Shown: one piece after another, positions 51,841-64,000 of the stretch
Position numbering within the stretch: the first letter of the stretch is position 1
Layout of the letters: each line of letters starts with the position of its first letter
Source: Chrysomallon squamiferum
Lineage: Eukaryota; Animalia; Mollusca
Assembly (NCBI GenBank): GCA_012295275.1
Contig: CM022665.1
Location: 11,718,001-11,782,000, forward strand
Direction: 5' to 3'
DNA length: 64,000 nt
Translations under genes and position numbers: made by a program
The notes under the pieces: model-generated
What the model was told of the DNA's origin: nothing
Databases searched by the model: none
What the model saw: the letters and a program-made list of their open reading frames with translations, nothing else

Positions 51841-54800
51841 GATGGTTAGAGTTTTTTTCGCTAACTGGTCAACATTTTGAGATCGTCGAAAGCACAAATC
51901 AATGAGGCGAGAGACAACACGAGAAGAGATCTGGCCCGGTGTATGCTGGGTAAACAATGAGACATGACGGTTGTTCCTGCAGGTCCTGCAAGATTGACAC
52001 AATACATCAATATATTCACGCCTCGTGTTGGTTTTGTGAAAATGACACATCCTAAAGACACGTCCTAGAGAAAACTCAGGGACGAAGACCGAAATTTAGA
52101 AGGACATGAGAATTTTCAAACTAATGACCGAACAAGAAAAAACATTGAGAGCAGGGAGAAAAAAAAAAACGAAAAAAAACAACAAAAAACATCCTGCGAT
52201 ATAATCACGTGCTATTTTACTAAAAATATGTGGCTTGTTACCTGACCATCCTTGTCATGTCATCGTTTTGCCTCTTACAGCCTATTAGGTTTAAAGCAGA
52301 AGGTGTGTGGTTCAAATCTTGAGAGCTGAATAACCATAAACCAGCTTTCCAACTGCTCCAGTTTTTTTCATTGTCTCATCTTCTTTTAGAAGCCAGGATC
52401 CAGAAATTTGGATCCAATTTTATCAGTAAAAGTGTAAGGTATAAATTTCAAATTTTGAGAGAAGTAAGGTTGTATAAAGCAATCTCATCCCATTGACTTT
52501 TGCAATTTAGGATTTATTTATATAGGATCTTGTTTTATAAACAATAAAACTAAGTGTAAGTTAATGATATAGAACTTTCATGAAAGCAAACAGTATAATA
52601 TAGAATGAAATGATTAAAAATATTAATCTTGATGTTAATGCTGTTTAATTCTATATGTTTACATATAAGGTTGTCCATGTAAGGTTGAAGTTCGAAATGG
52701 GTCTTTGGTAAATCTTGCTTTAACATGAAATTAATGATATAAACGACTTCGACCTGTGATTTATCTATGTATATTCGTTGATTAACAAATCATTGTTTTC
52801 TTTTCTTTTCGTTGTTTTGATATTTTGTCCGTAAAACGTAAATGTACATGAAAGATTTTGTACAGTTTTGATATTTTGTGTTGTTCTGGATAATACTGTA
52901 GTTTCTGATTAATGTTTTCAAGTCTAACATGATATAACATGTACGACTTCCTTTTAAAATTAATCGTGTTACAGTCTCCGTAATAATTCGGAATCTAACG
53001 CATAATTCTTATAAGATAAAATGTGAAAATACATTTCGATATTTTAACATTTCTTCTTAGAATTCACAATTTATGATGATAACTTTCCCATTTAACATAA
53101 CTGTTACCATTCATTGTGAAATCTTGTGCTTTATATAAAACTACATAAAATAAGCAACATATAATACATAGCAATTACTAAGTAATTAATGCGCGCTGAG
53201 ATGGTGTATGCTTGGAATCGTATGAAGCAAAGTAAACTGATTTGTTTGACATGTCATCACACCTAGTGCACTTTCATTATATTCTGAAACAATGCTCCCT
53301 TAAATTCCAAGACAATGGTCATCTGTACAACATGAAGACGTTAGTACAACAGTTGCTTCTCCCATATCCGGAGTTTGACATGGTTAAAAACCATCGTAAG
53401 GTCACAGTCGGTTTGCATTTTCACCAGTCCAATATTTACGTTGATTACCTCCCACGCCATGTCAGAACTTGTACGTGGGTTGTGCAGTTGTCGCCAAAAC
53501 TAAAGAGCGAAATTCCAGACCGAGCAACAGGTAAACAAATCTGTAGTCTAACTTACAGTTCTGAAGCTGGAAACGAAAAATTTGGTGAGAACGACTTTAA
53601 GAAATAATGAGTGGAAAATAGTAACTGAAATTTCAGGGTTTTTCTGATCTTGTGCTTTATTGCTCATTGACAACAAATAATATACACATTTAAAGACACA
53701 AATCATCTGAATTATAGTTTAGTAATAAAAGTCAATGAAGATAAAAATTAAACTATGGCAAAAAACTACAGTTAATTAAAAGTACTGCTTAGTAATTGTT
53801 GTTACTGAAAATAAAATCTGCTGCAACCGCAAACAACGACATACTACAGAAAAAGAAAAAAAAGTATATATAAATAAAATCATCAGTGAGAACAACCAAT
53901 ACAGGCAATAACAGTTATAAAATAACGGCAAATTACAGATGGTACCTATGAAACAATTTTTATCAAAAGTAATAGAGTTTAATTTTCATTAGCATGTGTT
54001 TTACGGGTGAATGATCTAGCGCAGATTTATAAGACCAAAGACGCCGAATACTAAAAAGAAATCAAAGATACTTAAGAATGTAAACGACCAATTTCTAATT
54101 TCTTTTGGCTTTTCTTCTCTGTATGATGTTTTCAAAGGCCTAACAATAGATTATTTTAAGCAGTAGACCGTAATTCAGAAGACGTCAAGAAAAACGGTAC
54201 GTGACAAAAACACTGTTGGTACAGATATATGTTAAGTAACAGGGTCAAGAGTTCTTCGGACAGCAAAAGTTGAAAGATGGAAATTACAAAAGTTATAGTG
54301 GTCAACTGTTCTCGCGCTAGGAGACGCGTGTTTGCACGGGTAGCAGGAACGTAACCAAGATGGAGAATGGATCATCTCGACCATTGATGTTTCCGAAAAA
54401 TGTCTCGCACCGTGTGCGGAATTGTCAGAAGCAGACTATTTCCGGCGTGGAGCGCAGCTGACGCGGCAAAAAAGATGAATGAACTCTCTGCTGGTGAAGG
54501 TGCAAATGTTCTACCTGCTCGCGGATTCTCGCGAGAGCCCGTGAGAACGGCTTTGCGGGTCGACCCCGGTGTCTTGCCTTGATGTTAACAATATCCCAAG
54601 TCACACACCGATTTAGCAGTCGTGTTCCGGCGAGCCTCAGTGCCGGATATACGGGCGCTTGGACAAACAAAGATTTATTTTGCAAATAATTCCTTCTTTC
54701 AGTAGTCTTTTGTGGGCATGCTCGCCACTGACACGGGGTCACGGCATCACCAACGACTACAATGAAAGCCATAATTACTGTCATCAGATTAACCCGAAAA

Positions 54801-55212
54801 TCTATTGTCTCTTTTCTTCCCTGGCACTTCGCTAATTCTTACAATAATTCAACTTACGTTTTGCTGTAAAATCGTTCCAAAAGAAATCTCTTAGTGAAAA
54901 CATTATAGTGAATAACTCGGGGTCAGATCCTGGACTACGACTGTTGATGAGCAAAGGCTGTTAATCTGATTTAAACTGATTTTCTTTTTTCTTTTTTTAT
55001 CTTTTTTTTTTTTTTCTTTTTCTGTTCAAATACGCAGAATGGGATTTAGTGACCGTAAGATAACTGATGTAGGATAAAATGGATTTTTATATGAAGTGAA
55101 AGATAATTAATGTGGCGTGGTTTTTATGTTTCACTTTTTTCTTTTCTTAATTTTCTTTTCTTTTTTCATTATTTCACGTCCATTAAAATGTTAATATTTA
55201 ATATAGAATTAA

Positions 55213-55243
<31 letters not shown>

Positions 55244-55426
55244 TGATGATGATGATGATGATGATGATAAAGATTATTTAGTTATTTATTTTAAGTTGTA
55301 AACAACGATATTTAATACGAACTTTTGCTAATTAAGAATTGCAATAATAGAAATTCTCTGTACATTGGCATTTATTTATTTTGTTTTATTTTATTTATCT
55401 ATTTACACCCCATCCCCGAAATTAGA

Positions 55427-55458
<32 letters not shown>

Positions 55459-55461
55459 AAA

Positions 55462-55513
<52 letters not shown>

Positions 55514-55871
55514 GAAAGAAAGAAAGAAAGGAAAAAGAAGAGATTGTGTTTAAGATTTTGTTTCAACGATTTCTATATAATTATATAACAAAACATTTAA
55601 CTGGAGAGTAAGTTAAAATGCCATTCACCATGCATCTTTTCTGCATTGACATTTTGCTAAATGCAAAGATTGGATGTCAATACAGATCACATATGAAAGC
55701 ATGGAAAAATGTATTCAGTCAGTCTGTTCGTATTATCATTGGTACACTTTAAAAACAATAAGCGAAGCTAACGTTAACAAAATGTTTTGTGCTATTGAAA
55801 ATAATTTTATTTATTACCTAATAAATATATATATAATTTATTATTTATCTATAGGCGTACTGAAAATACAT

Positions 55872-55910
<39 letters not shown>

Positions 55911-58507
55911 CGTATATATATATATGTACGTATGTATGTATTTATGTATGTATGTATGTATATGTATGTATATATGTATGTATATGTATGTTTGTATGTA
56001 TGTATATATGTATGTATGTAGAATAGATTTAAATAATAAAATTTTACTTCCATTCAGGCATTTTTTATGATACAATGTTTTCTATTTATCATAGATAACA
56101 ATTTTTAATTATTAAAACGGACATCCTAATCTGATCCTCTGGACCGCTTTGTATCTACGACTATTTAGTTGTGATATAGTTTCATGGTTTCGAAATAAAC
56201 ACGGGTCTTGTACAAGTCTGCCAGTGAAGAAACTGGGTTACCGTAGCGTTACAGAAAAGGTTCAAAAGGAATAAAGTGAAGTAAAAAAAAAAAAAATCGC
56301 TTGCAGCTGGTTTAGAGTTTCAGAATTTTACAAACGAGACGGTCAAATTGTCGACACTTTGTCGTTTGTTTTAGGCTCTCTCGGGGACTTCACCGTCTTG
56401 CAGGCGCCGTCGAACCTAAAGCGATCAACGTTGTCAATTTGGCAAATAAAAGAACGAATACCTGACCTCATATTCAGTTTGAATTATATAACGGGCCTCT
56501 GAAAATCTCGCAACGCCGTAAAAAGAGGTCGTCGTATTGGCGTAAAATATTAATCATAGTCAAGCTATTTGATATCGATTTTGTCTTACGTCTTCGATCC
56601 GTACTTACCCTCGAGTCAAAGGTTGCTGAATGTCGGCCTAAAATAATGGCAAAGGGGAACGTTTTGACTGTCGCTGGATTTTGAAGTAATGTGTGAAAAG
56701 AGTATTTATTTATTTACATTTTTATATTATTTTATGTAATGTGTTTGCTTTGTTATTGTAGCCTATCTTACATAATATTATATTATATTATATTATGAGA
56801 TTGAAAAACCATATTATATAAACTTTTAAATTCAACATCTACAAACAACTGAAAGAATTAGTGAAAACAACAAATTTATTTTTTCATTATTAGAATATTT
56901 ATTTTTTTTTATTATTATTATTTTTTTTTTATTGGCTTAGTTATTATTTATTTAGTAATTAAACTGTTTGTTTCCTTCGGTATTTTGCATGTGCAGTTTT
57001 TATCCATATTCATTATGCAATCTATGTGTGTGCGTTTGTGAGTATGCAACGTGTTAACAGATAACAACATCCCACTGGTGCAAAAATCTATTACAGAAAA
57101 AAAAAAAAAAAAAATAATAATAATAAAAATGTCACAGAATCTCATTTCTTATGTGTAAGTTGAAACTTACGACTGAGAAAAGATTCATTATCTATTTTAA
57201 TTTATTTGAGAAATTGCCACATCGTAATCAAAATGCTACTTCAGGGTCTCACGTACACACATTCCTTCGACCAGAGCTGGCGAGGTATTCGCGGGTGTCT
57301 CGGCGAGCGGGAATCACGTAGGAACAATGGCCCGATTTGTGTGGTTGAAATCACTACTCGAGCAATACATCGCACACCGTTCAAAGAACCGTACGTCGCG
57401 TGAATGGGGGTGCTTCACTTTGCTCGGTTCATCTGGTGGGGAAAATGGCCAGTAAAACGGTGCATGTCCCAGGACAATCTTCGACCGAACACGATCAAGT
57501 GCCACTCAGGACTGGGTTATTATGCCAGACCCGCACACCTGCGTCGAGCCTTGGTCCTGACACTTCAGTGTTATGACGTAAGCGGTAATTGATCATACAT
57601 TGCCTGGTAACGTGACAAGAAGATCAGCCCGAACACGTCCTCAGATAGTATAGCAAGAGAAAGCTTAGAATACCGGAAACCTCCACACCCCTTTAAAAAA
57701 AAAAGGGAATATGCTGAGGGTAATGACGGGTGTCAGACGTTTGGGGAGCAGAGATGGGCGTGTTCCTCCACCCCCTGTCTCTTATTTCATTCCCTGGCGT
57801 TCACTTTTCGTATAAAGTTATGCAGTTTTTGTCATAGAGCCATTATTGCTTCTGAATTTCTTTCTAAATGGTCGTAATGAATGAAACATTAGAATAAGGA
57901 TTACTGTTGTGGGTGAAGGGAACGACTTGTCGAAATTAAAATATGTTAGTAATTTGTAATTAAGAGAACAATACAATATCGTTAATTCTTCACCTGCTCA
58001 GACCAGAGACATCTCAATAATTGTCATCACTGCGACTGTTTTTATTATTACCGTTAAACATTTTATAAGAATGCTGGTATAAACCAGCGACCGTTTCTAT
58101 TTTACGATAATGTTATTGAAATACAGTTCAGTAAACAGACGCAGCATCTCGAGCGTCAATATCTAATATGACAGTAAAACCTACATCATATTACTCTATA
58201 ATATTAATAAGGATTTAAAATGAAAAAAAAATAAATAAATAAATAAATAAATAAATAAAATAATATAAAAAATGTAAAACTGTGAAAGTGACAAACTCGG
58301 TGCACATTCAAAGAAAGAAGTTAAATTGTTCGATGTATGTACATTATATTTATTTATGTGTGTGCCTTTCATATCATCTATCTGTACTTTTATCTACTTG
58401 TTTATAAAAATGTACGTCTGTCTGTCTGACCATCTGCGTGTTGCTATCTATCTGACCATCTGCGTGTTGTACATTATATTTATTTACTTTCATATCATCT
58501 AAATAAA

Positions 58508-58552
<45 letters not shown>

Positions 58553-59682
58553 ACAAATAAATAAATGAAAAATAATAATAATAATAATAATTTGAAACAT
58601 TCTATTACTGGTGGTAAATGCTACACGTCTTTTGGAGATTTCAGAAAGAAGAAAATACAAAAATAATTAACCGAAAACAAAACAGCTTATGTTTCTTTTA
58701 GTTCATCATTGGCACTGATGTTGCTATTGCAATCCACATCACCGTACGTGCTTTTTTTCGAGTTGTTTTACAGTACACTATCTACAAAACAAACTTAGTA
58801 TATAATATGGAATACTATTACTGAAATAAACGTGAAGGAACACACAGACATTTTCTTTCCATTTTTAATGTTTTATTTTCGAGCACTAAAATTTCAAAAA
58901 ATCTCTAGATTTTTAATTCGTTACAAACCGTTTATTAGTCTGGAGTCTGGTTATCACTTCCAAACATTACACAACACACGAGGAAGAAAGAGAAGGAAAC
59001 ATCTTTTGTTTCGTTTGTGTGGGACGACCATTAATAAACTGAAAGCATAAACAATTCTCACTTCTTCTTTTTTTTCAAATTTTCCTAACTGGCAGCGAGT
59101 ACTAATGGGTTTTCTCTTAAAAAGCGATTCTGATTTTAATATGTTTCGATTTGCGTCGCTTTCTGACTGGTGGTCGCATGGCCCGAGGCTTCGTGTATTG
59201 AACTATCTTTTACCAACACGATTGCTGTTAACAGTTTGGACAAGCGACTATGACCGCTATTGCAGCTGGTTCCATTTTTATCACGTACATATAGTTTTAT
59301 CAATTTCCATCCACAGTTAGTCTTCGTCTTTTATAATGTGTCGCGTAAAACAAAATTTAAAAAAAAAAAAAAACTTAAGAAGAGCAAATAATGACTGGCT
59401 AAAGAATTCCCAGCAGATTGCTTATAATCAACTTTTAAGCACAAAAACAGTTACGATGTGAAGTTTTTAGAGGCAGAACCCATTATCTCACAAATACTCT
59501 ACGCGTTTATTTACAACAATAGATGTATTATTTTTTGTGTTGTTTCAGTATTTTCAGAATGTAAGGCAAAAACCACTTATTTGACAAAGAGGAAAAAACG
59601 AATGGATTTCATTGTTGCTCTTGACAATAAAAAAAGAAAATTTTAATTGCTGGCGTAAATGGTGAAATATGTATGGGTGGGC

Positions 59683-59686
<4 letters not shown>

Positions 59687-59770
<84 letters not shown>
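59687..59770. repeat. (GA)n microsatellite
   Basis: Pure dinucleotide run. Confidence 0.95.
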
Positions 59771-59775
<5 letters not shown>

Positions 59776-61199
59776 AAATATATTAAAAAGTAAAGGTATT
59801 ATGGTATACGCCCATTTACTCAATTATTTCAGAAACAAGCCCAACAACAACGCACGTCCGATGTTGATTTGGGAGCCGCCCAAACTAACGCCACTAATAC
59901 TCATCTAATTGTTCCGCACACCCGAATGCACGAGAACGGTATCCGGCAACTCAACCACCTGTGCGCCAGTTAATGAGCGAATTCGCGCGAACTACCCAAT
60001 GCGCCGACCCTGTTGTTCAGTTTTCAGATCACTTTCCCTAGCTTGCCTGTTGCCCATCCAAAAATAACATGCGCTGCCTTCTTAATTGGATGTCGCTTTC
60101 GAACGAAACTCTAGTGTTATTGAATAAATGGAAATTTAGCCTGAGTTTGAAACTTAACACCAACGTGCTATAAAACTATTTGAACAGAACGTAAATTAAA
60201 CTTCTTTTTTCTTTTTACCGAAAAATTTCTTGGTAAGGAAACTGAATACAACACATGTTTCTCTGTGTTTTCTTAAGAAATAATAGGTGTGTTCCGAATT
60301 TTTTGAAAATTTGATTTTTACATCCTAATTACATTACTTATGAAAATAAGTTTTCGAAGTTTTAAAAACCAAAAAAACCAAACAAAAACACACAACCCAA
60401 CCACCCGCCTGCCCCACCCCCCATAATACAAAAAACAACAACAAAAAAAAAAAAAAAAAAAAAAAACAACTCAACAACAAGAACAAAACAAACCTCTTTT
60501 TTTTAAATATTAAGATATAACAGTTTGTGTGTGTATCTCTCACACGTTCAGTTTAATAATAATATATTTAAATAAAATAAAATTATATACAATAAAACAC
60601 ATGAAAAAATATCCGCACTTAAAATAAAAAAGGGATATTATACATAATATAAATATAAAGTACCTCAGAATACACAATTAATAGTTATTAATATTTAAAA
60701 TGTGAAAAACGTATTTGTAAAACAATTAGAGGAAATAAATAAATAAATAAATAAATAAATTAATTAATTAATTAATTAATTAATTAATTAATAAAATAAA
60801 ATAAAATAAAATAAAATAAAATAAATAATTAAATAAATAATAATAAAAATTAAATTATATTAAATTAATAGAAGATAAATAAATAATAAAAAAGTAAGTA
60901 AATAAATAAAACAAAATAAAATACGATAAAACAAAATAATACAAACTGATAAATAAATAAATAAGATAAAATAAGATAAAATAAAATAAATAAATAAATA
61001 AATAAGTAAACAAATAAATAAAAAATAACAAAAAATAAAAAAATAAAATAAAATAAATAAATAAATAAATGAAGAAGAAAAGGACAGAAGAAGAATAGAA
61101 AGAGACTATACTTTTATTAAATTTAGTATTTTAAAATATTGTAATTACTAAATTATCTAATTGTTCATTTATTTATTAAAGTTATTGTTGTTACTGCTG

Positions 61200-61242
<43 letters not shown>

Positions 61243-62087
61243 TATTATTATTATTATGATTATTATCATCATCGTTATCATTACCATAATTATTATTATT
61301 TTATTACATTATTATTATTATTGTTATTAATACTTTTATTATTTCTTTACAAAGAAGAAAACGAAACAGACAAATAAATAAATAAATAAATAAATAAAGC
61401 AAATTCACAAATTACTACAGTTATGCTAAAAATATAATATAATTCATGTTATTTATTTCGTTCTGTTACAGTTATGAAGTAAATTCATACTTCATTTAAT
61501 AACTGAATCAGTAATTAGATTCGTTTTAATGAAACAAAAACAAAATAATAAATAAATATCTTTATTTCCTGTTATAAAATCATTATGAAGAATGTGTTAT
61601 CTGTTCAAAACTCTGGTCCGACTGAGTCTTTTTGGTTACTACTCTGTAGTTGTTGAACTGTAACAATTGTTAATATTATGATAACAAACACATTTAGTTT
61701 GCTAGAAAAAGATTATAATAATTACATATATTGCATAATATTAATCCTTCTGTATCTGTTCGTCTGTCTGTCTGTCTTTGTCTCAAGAAATTATATCTGT
61801 CTAATTATTGTTGTTGTATCAAATAAAAAAATACTTTTGAAAGACACTATTACATTGTTAAAAGCAGTTTAATACGAAGTAAACTTGAGAAATCTTCAGA
61901 AATATTATATAAAAAAAAAAAAAAAAAAAAAATTAAAATAAAATAATATAAAGTAAAATAAATTAATTAATAAAATAAATAAATACGAATGAACATACAT
62001 CTCCTAACAAATATTCAACATTAAATTTCTTTCTTTTTTTCCTTTTTTTTTTCTTTCTTTTTTTTTTTTTTCTTTCTTTCTCTTTTG

Positions 62088-62121
<34 letters not shown>

Positions 62122-62197
62122 CTTTTTTCCTCTTTCTTTTATTTTTTCTTCGTTTTTGTTTCATTTCCATTTTTACCTTCATACATTTTGAAGTTAC

Positions 62198-62235
<38 letters not shown>

Positions 62236-62587
62236 TTCGTTATGTTCATTAAGTTCAAATTCTCTTGGATTTTTCTCTTGTGAAAATGGAAAAACTGTGA
62301 ACAGAATATTCATTAATATCAGCAATCAATAGTGTAGAAGGACGCACAAAAAAAAAAGAAAAAAAAAGTGTTCTTTATCGCTACCTGGTTCTCTGTTTAC
62401 TTAGACGTAAGTATCTCACTTAATTGTCCGTTTCATGGATCCAGTGTACTGAGTAATGACAAAACGGAACGAAACGAATACGCCCACGTGATTGAGTGGA
62501 CAATTATATTTTAATGGGTATATTTTTAGTATGTTATTTTTGTGGAGGTGCTAAAATATTCTTCTTCACTTCGTATTATTATTATTA

Positions 62588-62637
<50 letters not shown>

Positions 62638-63549
62638 CATCATCATTATAATTATAATTATTATTATTATTGTAATTATCATCATAATTATCATTATAAT
62701 ATTTAGTGAATAATTGTCAATAGTAGTTGTAGTAGTAGAATAGTGGTAGTAGTTGTTGTTATAGTAATAGTAATAATAATAATGATAATAGCAGCAGCTG
62801 TAGCGATTATGGCAGTAGAGGCAGAAGCAAAAATATCGATTATTGTTTTTGTTAATATACATACATACATACATACATACATACATACATACATACATAC
62901 ATACATACATACACATATATTTTTGAAATTATCATTTTTATTGTTGTTGGTGGTGATCTTCTTCTTCTTCTTCTTCTTCTTCTTATCGTCATTGTCATCA
63001 TCTGCTTAGATTTCTTTAAACATTTTAAAACCTGTTTGATTATCGCCTCCTTACATATTGTACAGATTTTAGACAACATGGCACAACACAAGAGGAGCGA
63101 GAAACCTGGATACTTTTTACACATACATTATTGTCTAAGTTTCATCATGAGTCATTCTTGACAAACATCCCCAATACAACGTACTCACATACTCACAATT
63201 TGGTGCATGAATTAGTGACACACAGAACCACATTTCAGTAAACAGTTAAATAAATCAAATATGAAAGGGAAGCAACCAGATACATCGTCTGGATAAAAAG
63301 GGTGATGATGGTGGTACTTTGATTCTAGAACGGGTAAAAATTAAAAAAAAAAAGAATATAAATATTCGGGATTTTTCAGTGACTTTGGTTCTGTGTTAAA
63401 GACTCGCTTGTGATATAATAAAGATGTTGTTGGTATTTATACTTAGGAAATAAAAATGACTCGCGTGGCTTTAACTTTAATGTATTCCGGAATGACAAAA
63501 AATATATTTATTTATTTATTTATTTATTTATTTATAGTTTTACTCTTGA

Positions 63550-63554
<5 letters not shown>

Positions 63555-63642
<88 letters not shown>
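63555..63642. repeat. (TC)n microsatellite
   Basis: Pure dinucleotide run. Confidence 0.95.
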
Positions 63643-63646
<4 letters not shown>

Positions 63647-64000
63647 CTGATTTTCCTTCCATTTTATTTTCGCATTCTAACGGTATCTCACTCACTCCTT
63701 CTCAGTGTTTGTGAATCTGTCTCACAGGTATTTTTATACATTCGGTATAAATTGTTTTAACATACGTTTTAAAATCAAAATTAATGGTTATTAACACTTG
63801 TTCCAAATTTCAACAGAATATGTTATTTTTCTTCGAACAACTGTAGTAAAAATATTTTTAAGTGCATTGGTGGTTTGTAGTGTATCTGTTTTATTGCTGG
63901 CGGATTTTATCATACGTAAAGTTTTTGATAATTATTTATCATTATATTAATACATTCTTCTTCTTATTATTATTATTATTATCATCATCATCATTAGTAG

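Noticed and set aside
53242-53607. 121-aa ORF with a possible donor near 53531
   Set aside because: Non-ATG start, no recognisable motif, no partner exons found
54400-54784. GC-rich overlapping ORFs on both strands
   Set aside because: No domain similarity or splice-consistent model; explained by local GC content
54946-54969. TGATGA...CTGA box C/D-like pair
   Set aside because: Far too short for a snoRNA and no terminal stem

Overview
Very AT-rich, microsatellite-laden, intron-containing animal DNA (invertebrate, probably mollusc-like; taxon is inference). Most ORF-track entries are simple-repeat artefacts; the real genes only appear when exons are spliced by hand. (1) 1-32244, minus strand: four tandem paralogous type I membrane receptor genes with the layout signal peptide / 8-Cys SUEL (Gal_Lectin, rhamnose-binding-lectin)-like exon / CUB-like exon / Ser-Thr stalk / TM / Tyr-rich tail, with ectodomain exons in symmetric phase 1-1. 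Genes 1 and 2 have near-identical ectodomains but unrelated TM and tail exons, each tail carrying an ITAM-like YxxI/L pair. Gene 4 holds seven tandem ~270-nt lectin exons (six intact, one frameshifted) plus a decayed eighth. The locus looks like a fast-evolving, exon-shuffling innate-recognition receptor cluster. (2) 34157-40182, plus strand: a complete selenoprotein W gene (CxxU, in-frame TGA at 37037) missed by the ORF track, with a type II SECIS at 39831-39891. (3) 41-64 kb: no supportable coding sequence, only simple repeats and several CpG-richer islands that may be regulatory. A few transposon relics lie in introns.
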